From Archangiaceae bacterium (lineage in GTDB: Bacteria; Myxococcota; Myxococcia; Myxococcales; Myxococcaceae), in contig JAYVCD010000064.1 in NCBI GenBank assembly GCA_043750125.1, forward strand, positions 1-25,480: DNA of 25,480 nt, read 5' to 3'. The notes beneath the pieces were generated by a model. It did not search any database and was not told where the DNA came from. It saw only the letters and a list, made by a program, of their open reading frames with translations. Of the stretch, positions 15,000 to 22,962 are shown in pieces; the first letter of the stretch is position 1; each line of letters starts with the position of its first letter. Position numbers and translations under genes: made by a program.

Positions 15000-17582
15000 T
15001 CAGCGGGCCTCCTCGCCCGAGGGTTGAACCTGCAGGCGTTCGACAGGAGGAACCGCCGGCGTGCCCTGCACCGGGGGCGGCATCGGCGCCGGCTGGGCAG
15101 GAATCGGTGAGGTCGGCACCGGGGTCACCGCAGCGGGCGGTGTCGCCTCGCTCTTCGGACCGGGGGCGGGAGTGGGCTGAGAGACCGGCCCGGGGGGAAT
15201 GCGGGGGTTGGTGCCCGGAGAAATCAGCTTCTCGCCCAAAATTCCGGGCCCACCGTTCTCGAGCCGCAGCGATTCCTTGTTGAGCACCTGGGTCATGCGC
15301 GCCAACGGGCCGGCCTTGCGCGAGAAGTCGATGGCCACGTCGTACCCGCTGACCTGCCCGTAGAACTGCTCGACGAATTGCTGTCGCTCTTTCATCTTCC
15401 GCTCGAAAATTCGCCGGAAGTCGCTGCTGTCTCTGATGATGTACGGGGTGAGGAAGAGCAGCAGGTTGGTCTTCACCTTCTTCTTCGACGACGAGCGGAA
15501 CAGGTGACCCAGCAGCGGAATGTCGCCCAGCAGCGGGACCTTGGTTGCTGACTCGAGGGTGCGGTCCTGCATGATCCCGCCGATCACGACCGTCTCTTGA
15601 TCCTTGGCGATCACCGTGGTCTTCGCGCTCCGCTTGCTGGTGGTCGGGCCGAGCACCGGGTCGATCGACGCGATCTCTTCGATCTGCTCCGAGATCACCA
15701 TGCGCACGTAGTCGCTCTCGTTGATCTGCGGCTTCACCGACAGCTTCAAGTCGACGTTGGTGCGGGTGATGCTGCCGAAGGGCGTTCCACCGCCGCCCCC
15801 CAGCGCGCTGCCCAGGCCCGCCGGCAGGCCGGGGATGTTGGCGAGGCTTCCCAACGGGCTGGCCGAAAACCCGGACTGAAACGGAACGTTCTGACCGACC
15901 GTGATCTCGGCGTCTTCATTGTCGGTCGTCAGCAGGTGAGGCGTCGAAAGGACGTTCACGTCGTTGGTGCTCTGCAGCGCGGTGAGAATCACGCCAAAGC
16001 TTGGAATGTTGATGCCCAGCTTCGTCAGCTCGGGAATCGCCGGGCCTTGAACACCCGCGAGGAATCCACCGAAGCTCGCCAGGCTCCCCAGGCTCATCGA
16101 CGGAGCCGGCCCCGCCTTGCCGGTGTTCGTACCGATCAGCGCCGGCAGCGTGTTGCCGTTCGCGTCTTTGAGCGGAATTCCGCTGTGGAGGTTCACTCCG
16201 ATGTCCGAGTTGCGATCGAGGTTGACCTCCATGATCACCGCCTCGATGAAGACCTGCTTGCGTTGAATGTCGAGCTTCTCAATCACTCGCACCAAAGATC
16301 GGTAGTCGTTCTGGTTGGCGATGATCACCAACGAGTTTGTCGGCTTGTCAGCCGACACCTTCACCTCGCCGGCAAAGAGCTCGGCGGCGGTCGTGGGCTT
16401 CGCGCCCACCGGTGCCCCCGGAGGTGCCTTCGGACGGTTGGCCGTGCCCTGCGCCAGCGACTGGAGCGTCGAGGCCACGTCTTCGGCGTTGGCATTCTCG
16501 AGGTAGTAGACGTTGATCTTTCCCTCACCACCCGAGATGGGAATGTCGATCTCGCGAATCAGCGCGTTGATCCGATCCATCGCGGCGGGGCTGGCGATGA
16601 TGATCAGCTTGTTGGTGCGTTCATCGGGAATGAGCTGGCTCAAGGTCGAGGGCCCCCCGGTGTCGGCGCCCGCGCCCGCGCCTGCCACTGAGCCTGAAGG
16701 AGGCTGGCCCGCGGCGCTGGCCCCCGGCGGTGGGGGCATCGCGGCGATGTTTCCCGGCCGCTGCCCAGGCCGAGGCGTCTTCGTCTCGAACAGCTTCTGA
16801 ACCTTGTCGGCGATCTCTTGCGCAGTGGCGTACTGAATCTGAATGATCTGCACCTGATCGCTGCTGCTTCGCGAGTCGAGCTGTTCCACCACCTTCTCGA
16901 GGCGGTGCATGTTCGAGCCCAGGTCGTTGATGATGATCGTGTCGGGCTGAAACGGAATCGTATCGCCGGACGGAGTAACCAGCTGCTGCAGCACGCCGCG
17001 CAACTGCTCGATTTCGACGTACTTCACCTTGAACATCCGGGTGACCATCTGCTCGTTGGTCGTGTACTCGGCGCTCGGGTCGGTGATGGTTGGAATTGGA
17101 AATTGCTTCGCCCGCTGCTTGTCGACGATCTTCAAGAACCGGCCGTGCTCGTAGACGGCCAGGCTGTTGGCATCGAGGGCGGCGAGAAACGCGGCGTAGA
17201 ACTGCTCGCCATTCACTTCCACTTTCCCGTTCTCGGGGCCGATGATCGAAATTTTTCCGCGGATGTTCTCGGGAAGGATGAAGGTCTTGCACGTCGCGTC
17301 CGAGACGGTCTGAACCAGCTTCTCGATCTCGACCTTGTCGAAATAGATGTTGTAGCGGGCCTTCTTGCGCATCTCTTCGCAGTTGGGCTTCTTCGCTCCG
17401 GGGGGCACCGCAGTCACGCTTCCAACGCCCTCGACCGCACCGAGGCCCACCGGAGCCGTGGGAGAGATTCGACGCTCTCCGACTGCTGGCGGGGGAGGCG
17501 CACGGGGAGGCGTCGGGACCTGAGCGAGCACCGGCCCCGCGACGAGAATCACAGACAACAAACACTTCCAAGGCATTGGCAT
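15000..17582 (-). CDS. gspD: T2SS secretin GspD (about 860 aa)
   Basis: Signal peptide ending VLA|Q; N domains (DERTNKLII, DKPTNSLVI); QVFIEAVIMEV; secretin signature KVPLLGDIPLLGHLF; NLLLFLTPYII; Pro-rich termini. Confidence 0.96.
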   Translation of the reverse strand: MPMPWKCLLSVILVAGPVLAQVPTPPRAPPPPAVGERRISPTAPVGLGAVEGVGSVTAVPPGAKKPNCEEMRKKARYNIYFDKVEIEKLVQTVSDATCKTFILPENIRGKISIIGPENGKVEVNGEQFYAAFLAALDANSLAVYEHGRFLKIVDKQRAKQFPIPTITDPSAEYTTNEQMVTRMFKVKYVEIEQLRGVLQQLVTPSGDTIPFQPDTIIINDLGSNMHRLEKVVEQLDSRSSSDQVQIIQIQYATAQEIADKVQKLFETKTPRPGQRPGNIAAMPPPPGASAAGQPPSGSVAGAGAGADTGGPSTLSQLIPDERTNKLIIIASPAAMDRINALIREIDIPISGGEGKINVYYLENANAEDVASTLQSLAQGTANRPKAPPGAPVGAKPTTAAELFAGEVKVSADKPTNSLVIIANQNDYRSLVRVIEKLDIQRKQVFIEAVIMEVNLDRNSDIGVNLHSGIPLKDANGNTLPALIGTNTGKAGPAPSMSLGSLASFGGFLAGVQGPAIPELTKLGINIPSFGVILTALQSTNDVNVLSTPHLLTTDNEDAEITVGQNVPFQSGFSASPLGSLANIPGLPAGLGSALGGGGGTPFGSITRTNVDLKLSVKPQINESDYVRMVISEQIEEIASIDPVLGPTTSKRSAKTTVIAKDQETVVIGGIMQDRTLESATKVPLLGDIPLLGHLFRSSSKKKVKTNLLLFLTPYIIRDSSDFRRIFERKMKERQQFVEQFYGQVSGYDVAIDFSRKAGPLARMTQVLNKESLRLENGGPGILGEKLISPGTNPRIPPGPVSQPTPAPGPKSEATPPAAVTPVPTSPIPAQPAPMPPPVQGTPAVPPVERLQVQPSGEEAR

Positions 17583-17590
17583 GGTTGTGA

Positions 17591-18520
17591 TCAGCGAACG
17601 TTGTACGTCTTCTTCACGGAGGCGCCGTTGCGCTCGACTTCGATGTCGATCCGTGAGGCTTCTTTGAGCTTCGAATAGATTTCGAGCGCCTTCTCGGGGC
17701 TGTTGAGGTCGTACCCATTGATGCGCTTGATGACGTCGCCGTTCTGAATTCCGATCTTGGTGTAGATCGAGTCCGGGCGAATCGAGAACAGCTTGAAGCC
17801 CTGAGCGACGCCGTCCTTGAACGCAGGGACGATGCGGGCCTGCATCGCAACGTCGTTGAGATTCGAGAGCGTCTTGTCGATTTCCGCCCGGGGGATCTCG
17901 TATTCGTTTTCCCCGGTCGGCTTGATGGTGGCGCCGAGCGCGACCGAGGGCGGGGCTCCGTCGTTGCTACGACCGGTGACCGCAGGGACGATCGGAATCG
18001 CCGGCGCGTAGGCGACCGCGCTGCCGTCCCCCGGAGTCCCGTCGATGTATTCGCGGCGGTTGTTGTTGAGGACGATCACCCGCGCCCGCTCGATTTCCTG
18101 CACTTCAGCGCCCTGGATCTTGTCGCCCACCATGTAGGTTGCCGATTTCAACGTCACGACATCTTGAATCGACGCCACCGAGTACTCGACCAGCGCGGCA
18201 ATCAGCGTTCCCAACAACTTCACCCGCAGCGCGCTGCGCACCGGCGCCGCATTGAGGTCGATGGCCGGAATGCTCGGGTCTTTGACCTCGGGCTCCTTGA
18301 GCAGCGGCAGCCCGGTCAGCTTGCTCAGCCGCTCAGGATTCAGCGCCGCCAGGGGCTCGACCGCGCGGGGTCGCAGGTTCGCCTTCACCCGCGCGCCCGT
18401 GGGCAGCGGCATCAGGGCCGACTCGACAAAGGCATTTCCGGTGCGTGCGGCCAGCACCATCACCAAGAAGATGAAGACCAGGTGAACGAACCAGAAGTGA
18501 CGTTTGAACAGGAGCTCCAC
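17591..18520 (-). CDS. gspC: T2SS protein GspC with PDZ domain (309 aa)
   Basis: N-terminal TM, HR domain (KLLGT...IERARVIVLNNNRREY) and PDZ (GFKLFSIRPDSIYTKIGIQNGDVIKRING). GTG 18520 is preferred over 18532 because the latter lies upstream of the predicted sigma54 +1. Confidence 0.92.
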   Translation of the reverse strand: MELLFKRHFWFVHLVFIFLVMVLAARTGNAFVESALMPLPTGARVKANLRPRAVEPLAALNPERLSKLTGLPLLKEPEVKDPSIPAIDLNAAPVRSALRVKLLGTLIAALVEYSVASIQDVVTLKSATYMVGDKIQGAEVQEIERARVIVLNNNRREYIDGTPGDGSAVAYAPAIPIVPAVTGRSNDGAPPSVALGATIKPTGENEYEIPRAEIDKTLSNLNDVAMQARIVPAFKDGVAQGFKLFSIRPDSIYTKIGIQNGDVIKRINGYDLNSPEKALEIYSKLKEASRIDIEVERNGASVKKTYNVR

Positions 18521-18534
18521 GAGTGGGTGCACTC

Positions 18535-18550
18535 AGCAAGGCCAATGCCA
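18535..18550 (-). promoter_or_regulatory. Putative sigma54 (-24/-12) promoter of the gsp operon
   Basis: Minus strand reads TGGCAT-TGGCC-TTGCT, one mismatch from TGGCAC-N5-TTGCW, directly upstream of gspC. Confidence 0.75.
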
Positions 18551-18583
18551 CGCAGCCTCTTGAAATAACGGGTGAATCCTCCA

Positions 18584-18612
18584 CTTTTCGAAAAGGCGTG
18601 CGACAATTTGTC
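18584..18612. promoter_or_regulatory. Two AT-rich palindromes, candidate activator/regulator sites
   Basis: CTTTTCGAAAAG (18584-18595, perfect palindrome) and GACAA-T-TTGTC (18602-18612) in the gspC/PilZ divergent gap. Confidence 0.4.
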
Positions 18613-18659
18613 AACGGACGATGGCGGCCAAGTGACCGCCTGTCAGGGCGGCGAAACCA

Positions 18660-19322
18660 ATGGGCGAAGAGCGAAGACGGTGGGCGCGAATCGAAGCGAG
18701 CCTCGAATGCACGGTGGCGTCCGCGGATCAGACGTTCGAGGCGAAAGTAGTGAACGTCTCGCGGGGAGGCCTGGCGGTGTTGGCCGCGGCGGGCCAGGTG
18801 AAGGAAGGCGAAACGGTGTCGGTGATGCTTGAACGGGCCGAAGGCGAAATCACGCTGGCGGTCTCGGGCACGGTGGTGCGCATCGTCGGCGAAGGTGAAG
18901 AGGCGGTCTTTGGAGTGCGCTTCGAGGCGCTCCCCCCCGACAGCGAAGAGCAGCTGTTGGCGCTGCTGAAGTTGTTGGCGGGCAAGCGCGGGGGAGGGCG
19001 CCGGGAGCATCCCCGGGTATCGGCGAGGGTCAGCGTGCGCTGCAAAAGCCGGGAGCGATTTGATGGGTTGCTCAACGACCTCTCGCAGGGCGGTTTTTCG
19101 ATTCGCTGTCCAGCGCCGGTCGAGAAAGGCTCCCAGTTGAGCGTCGAGTTCGGAATCGCTGAACACGCCGAGCTGATCTGGATTGAAGGGACGGTGACGC
19201 ACGTCGAGGTGTCGCCCGACGGGAAGCACATCGCCGGATTGAGGTTCACCCCACCGACCCCCGAGCAGCGGGCGAGAGTTCAGCAGTTGCTCGATCTGTT
19301 GCTGGGCCTGGGCGAGCCGTAA
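18660..19322 (+). CDS. Tandem PilZ-domain protein (220 aa)
   Basis: Two copies of RxxxR plus (D/N)xSxxG: RRWAR...NVSRGG and REHPR...DLSQGG, each ending in G-x-R-F. Confidence 0.9.
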   Translation: MGEERRRWARIEASLECTVASADQTFEAKVVNVSRGGLAVLAAAGQVKEGETVSVMLERAEGEITLAVSGTVVRIVGEGEEAVFGVRFEALPPDSEEQLLALLKLLAGKRGGGRREHPRVSARVSVRCKSRERFDGLLNDLSQGGFSIRCPAPVEKGSQLSVEFGIAEHAELIWIEGTVTHVEVSPDGKHIAGLRFTPPTPEQRARVQQLLDLLLGLGEP

Positions 19323-19328
19323 GCGGTT

Positions 19329-20525
19329 TCAGACCAGCAGTTCGACCCGACCCAGCAACCAGTCGCGCGCCACCGTCATCTGGTGCACCTCGTCCGGGCC
19401 ATCGGCGATTCGCGCCGCGCGCGCGGCCCGGTACCAGGCGGCGAACGGCAGGTCCTCACTGTAGCCCTTGGCTCCGTGCATCTGAATCGCGTCATCGAGC
19501 ACTTTGCACAGCGCCTTCGCGACGAAGGTCTTGGCGATCGATGAGTAGGGCTTGGCCTCTTTGCTCTTTCCCTGCTCGAGCAGCCACGCGGCGTGCAGCG
19601 TCATCAGGTTTCCCGCGTGAATCGCCTCGGCCGAATCGTAGATCATTCGCTGGACGGCTTGATGGCGGGCGAGCTCTTTGCCGAAGCTGACGCGCGTGGT
19701 GACGTATTCGCGACACAGCGACAGCGTGCGTTCGGCCAGACCCAGCCAGCGCATGCAGTGGGTCAGTCGCGCGGGGACCAGCCGCGTCTGCGCGAGGGCG
19801 AACCCATCTCCTTCGGCACCCAGCAGCGCCTCGGGGCCGAGCTTCACGTTGTGAAATTTAAGCTCGCCTTCGTGGTGGTCGAGCACCTGCTCGCCCATCG
19901 TCGCCACGTCGCGCACGTACTCCACCCCGGCCGTCGCTTTGTCGAGGATGAACAGCGAGGCGCCGCGCTTGGGATCTTCGCTGGTCCGCGCCATCACCAG
20001 CAGGAAGGCAGCGTTGCGCGCACCGGTCGAGTACCACTTGTGGCCCTCGAGTTCCCAACCTCCGGAAGTGGGTCGAGCGGTGGTCTTCAGGTTCGAAGGG
20101 TCCGCGCCGGCCCCCGGAGCCGGCTCGGTCATGCAAAACGCACTCGTGACTTCGCCCTTCACCAATGGCTCGAGAAAGCGCGCGCGCTGGGCCGCAGTTG
20201 CGATCTGCACCAACAGATCCATGTTTCCCTGATCGGGTGCATCGCAATGAAAGACCTTCGCGCCCACCGGCGATCGACCCATCTCTCGAAACAAAGCGCA
20301 CATGCCCATTGGACCCAGCGCCCGCCCCCCGAGCGCGATCGGCAGATGAGGGGTCCACAGGCCTTGAAGCCTGGCCTCGGCCTGCAGCGCCTTGAGCGTG
20401 TTGCGACGGCCCGCCCGGTCTTCTTCGAAGATCGCTTTCTCGGCGGGGATGATTTTCGAATCGACGAACGCACGGACCTGGGCCCGAATCGCCGCCAGCT
20501 CGGCTGAAAGCAGAAAGTCGCTCAT
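19329..20525 (-). CDS. Acyl-CoA dehydrogenase, ACAD10/11- or LvaC-like (398 aa)
   Basis: Start at 20525 (ATGA overlap). APDQGNM, FCMTEP, GHKWYSTG, RLTHCMR, AIQMHGA and RIADGPDEVH motifs. Confidence 0.92.
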   Translation of the reverse strand: MSDFLLSAELAAIRAQVRAFVDSKIIPAEKAIFEEDRAGRRNTLKALQAEARLQGLWTPHLPIALGGRALGPMGMCALFREMGRSPVGAKVFHCDAPDQGNMDLLVQIATAAQRARFLEPLVKGEVTSAFCMTEPAPGAGADPSNLKTTARPTSGGWELEGHKWYSTGARNAAFLLVMARTSEDPKRGASLFILDKATAGVEYVRDVATMGEQVLDHHEGELKFHNVKLGPEALLGAEGDGFALAQTRLVPARLTHCMRWLGLAERTLSLCREYVTTRVSFGKELARHQAVQRMIYDSAEAIHAGNLMTLHAAWLLEQGKSKEAKPYSSIAKTFVAKALCKVLDDAIQMHGAKGYSEDLPFAAWYRAARAARIADGPDEVHQMTVARDWLLGRVELLV

Positions 20526-20920
20526 AGATTCTCCGAGAGGTCGAACCGCGGGTTGGTGACCTGTAACGTCTCTTTGGCCGTTTCCCACAGATGGTTTGCG
20601 ATTGCTTCGTCGGGGTCTTGCTCTCGCAGCTTCTTCACCAGGGCCGCTTCGAGCATCGCCAGCGCGGCCATTCGTTCGTTGCGGCGCGGGCTGGACAGCA
20701 AGTGGGTAGGAGACGGCACCAGCGCGGACAGCCGCTGGGCTTCGGCAGCGAACCGATCGTCTTCAGTGCGCAGCTCGGCCGCCACCACCGTGGCGAGGTT
20801 GGCGGCGATCATCATTCGAAACTGGAGCGCCTTGTCGGCTTCGAGCTTCGGCGCCACTTCCGCCATCAGGAACGAGGCAACGGCGTCGAGCAGTGTGCTG
20901 GCATCGGGTCGGTTTTGCAT
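20522..20920 (-). CDS. Small helical protein, DUF6285/LvaB-like (132 aa)
   Basis: MQNRPDASTLLDAVASFL...FRMMIAANL...LQVTNPRF; lies between the phosphotransferase and the ACAD and is coupled to the ACAD start. Confidence 0.75.
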   Translation of the reverse strand: MQNRPDASTLLDAVASFLMAEVAPKLEADKALQFRMMIAANLATVVAAELRTEDDRFAAEAQRLSALVPSPTHLLSSPRRNERMAALAMLEAALVKKLREQDPDEAIANHLWETAKETLQVTNPRFDLSENL

Positions 20921-20939
20921 CGGACGCTCCGGTTGAAGA

Positions 20940-21941
20940 TCACAGGGTTCCGCGACGAATCAGCCGCAGCGCTTCGAATTCCATTTCGACATTTCGGCGG
21001 GCAATCGCCACCAGCTCGAGGTCGGTCTCGTCGCCACTGAGGTAGCGCTCGCCCTGGAAGACGCTGCCGACGGCCCAGCGAAGGTTGCCGATGATTTCCC
21101 ACCACAGCACGTCAGCCCAATCGACCTTCTGCCCGCCGGCTTCCTCGTACGCAGCGTAAAAAGGCGCGCGCGCTGCGAACCCGCCGACGGGCAGATCGAG
21201 CCGACCGAACCGCCAATCGCGTACCGAGATCCACGACAGATCTTCGTACGGGCTTCCGTAGTGGGAAAATTCCCAATCGAGGATCGCCGCCAGGCCGTCA
21301 GGAGTGACGAGGAAGTTTCCAGTGCGGAAGTCACCATGAACCAGGACGGTGCGCTCGTCGCGAGGCAGGCGGGTGGACAGCCAGGCGAGCGCAAATTCCA
21401 CCGCGAGAAAGTTGCCCGACAGCCGCGCAATCATCGCGTGAAGATCCTCGAGCGCCTGCAGCGCAGGGCTTTGCGTAGGCGGACTGAAGGGAAGTTTCGC
21501 CAAGCCCGGAGTAACCCGATGCAACCGTGCCAATGACTGCGCCAGTGTGGTGGGCAGGGTCTTGCGCGCTTCGGCGAGTTCAGGGCTTCGCAGCACTCGC
21601 CGCCCAATCGCTTCACCGGGTGCCCAGTCGAGGAAATAAGCGTCGGCGCCTTTTCGCAGCAGGTCAGGAGTGAGCCAGCGGGCCGAAGGGGTCTTCACTC
21701 CAGCGGCGACGGCGGCCTGGACGACCTGGAATTCTTCAGCGCGCTTCAGGCTGCTGGGCAGACCCTTCACCGCATCGCTGCGCAAGGCGAGTGTCAGCGG
21801 TTGTTCAGCCAAGGTCAGCTCGAGCCGGAAATTTTCCTGGCACGCACCACCGTAGAGCGGCTTGCACGAAAGCAGAGTGGCTCCGTTTCGGGCGACTGCC
21901 GCGGCGATGGCTTCGGTGCGCGCATCCATGGGCGCGCTCAT
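20940..21941 (-). CDS. APH-family phosphotransferase, LvaA / ACAD10-11 kinase-like (about 333 aa; start 21941 or 21929)
   Basis: Brenner motif HGDFRTGN, ILDWEF, EDLSW and WRFG. Confidence 0.88.
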   Translation of the reverse strand: MSAPMDARTEAIAAAVARNGATLLSCKPLYGGACQENFRLELTLAEQPLTLALRSDAVKGLPSSLKRAEEFQVVQAAVAAGVKTPSARWLTPDLLRKGADAYFLDWAPGEAIGRRVLRSPELAEARKTLPTTLAQSLARLHRVTPGLAKLPFSPPTQSPALQALEDLHAMIARLSGNFLAVEFALAWLSTRLPRDERTVLVHGDFRTGNFLVTPDGLAAILDWEFSHYGSPYEDLSWISVRDWRFGRLDLPVGGFAARAPFYAAYEEAGGQKVDWADVLWWEIIGNLRWAVGSVFQGERYLSGDETDLELVAIARRNVEMEFEALRLIRRGTL

Positions 21942-22005
21942 AACCCAACTGACGCGGCGCGATGGCCGCTTTGAAGAACGAGCGTCGGCTGTTAATCGTC
22001 CGTTC

Positions 22006-22899
22006 ATGAGTGACGAACGACTCGACAAGCAGTGGCAGGAAAAGGGCCTGAAGAGCTACTCGACCCCGGCAATTCGGGCGACCCTCGAGCACTACGGAAT
22101 CTCGATGGATTCGAAGTCCTTCAGGGCACAGGCCGAGCTCTTCTACCCGCTGACGATCGCCCAGAGCTGGATGAACCTCTGGAAAGGCACCGGCAAGTTC
22201 GCAAAACTTCCAGTGGCGGCGGTCGAAGAGCTGTGGCGGCGATTGGCCCCCGACATCCTCCAGCCGCTCGATGTGGTCGACGCGTTGACTCAGCTGCTGA
22301 AGGCGCTGATGCAGCTTCGCAAGCGCGAGGACACTGCTCCGGTGGACGCGAAGTTCGATGAGCTCGAAGCCGTGCTGAAGCGGCTGCCCGATGCGGGCGA
22401 ACGACGCGATCACTTCATGGCCGAGGTGGTGATGGTGCTGTCGGGTTCACTCGAGACCCTCGACTTGATGGCCGAGGGCCTGGCCCGCGACGGTCACGTC
22501 AAGCACGCCGAAAGGTTCGTCGCCGTCGAAGAGGTGCTCTTCCCCGTGCGCCAGGGAGTCTCGGCGGCGCTGGTAATGGCAGCCAAAGGCGAGCGAATTC
22601 CGGCGTTGGCGCAGCTGCAGACGATCGCCGACGATGGGGCCCGCGACGACTACGCCCGAATGTCTGCGATTGACGCGTTGATGCACCTGAAGGCCGCCGA
22701 TCAGGTGCTGGGGGCTCTGGCTGCGCTCTCGGACCAGGCCGACGCTGCGAACGATGGAGACTTCCTCGGGCAGTTGGACCGGCGGTGGCACGCGATGGTC
22801 GACGCAGTCACCGGCCCGCTGAAGCCGAAGGCGGTCGAGGGCCTACGCAAGTCTCACGAGCGCATGGTGCGCTTCGGTGGCCACAGCCACGGCCACTAG
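22006..22899 (+). CDS. Hypothetical all-helical protein with His-rich tail (297 aa)
   Basis: ATG 22006 avoids overlap with the divergent kinase gene. Helical composition; C-terminus GGHSHGH. Confidence 0.75.
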   Translation: MSDERLDKQWQEKGLKSYSTPAIRATLEHYGISMDSKSFRAQAELFYPLTIAQSWMNLWKGTGKFAKLPVAAVEELWRRLAPDILQPLDVVDALTQLLKALMQLRKREDTAPVDAKFDELEAVLKRLPDAGERRDHFMAEVVMVLSGSLETLDLMAEGLARDGHVKHAERFVAVEEVLFPVRQGVSAALVMAAKGERIPALAQLQTIADDGARDDYARMSAIDALMHLKAADQVLGALAALSDQADAANDGDFLGQLDRRWHAMVDAVTGPLKPKAVEGLRKSHERMVRFGGHSHGH

Positions 22900-22962
22900 A
22901 AGGTCTGATCGGCGAAGTGGAACAACACCCAGCGCGCGCTGGCCAATTCGGGGTCAGCCCTA

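Noticed and set aside
4531-18520. Cluster as a type IV pilus or Tad system
   Set aside because: PDZ-GspC, GspD N domains, GspG/GspK signatures, gspN and the gene order indicate T2SS; no PilT retraction ATPase in the window.
4563-18568. Long plus-strand ORFs antisense to gsp genes (e.g. 5482-6639, 11337-12836, 13668-15110, 15597-16691)
   Set aside because: Typical antisense shadows of high-GC3 genes; no motifs, and fully overlapped by well-supported genes.
20940-21941. Aminoglycoside resistance gene
   Set aside because: Only the APH fold is shared; context with the small protein and ACAD points to acyl-CoA metabolism.
22929-22942. Palindrome CCAGCGCGCGCTGG between convergent genes as a terminator
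   Set aside because: Short GC-rich stem with no U-tract on either strand.
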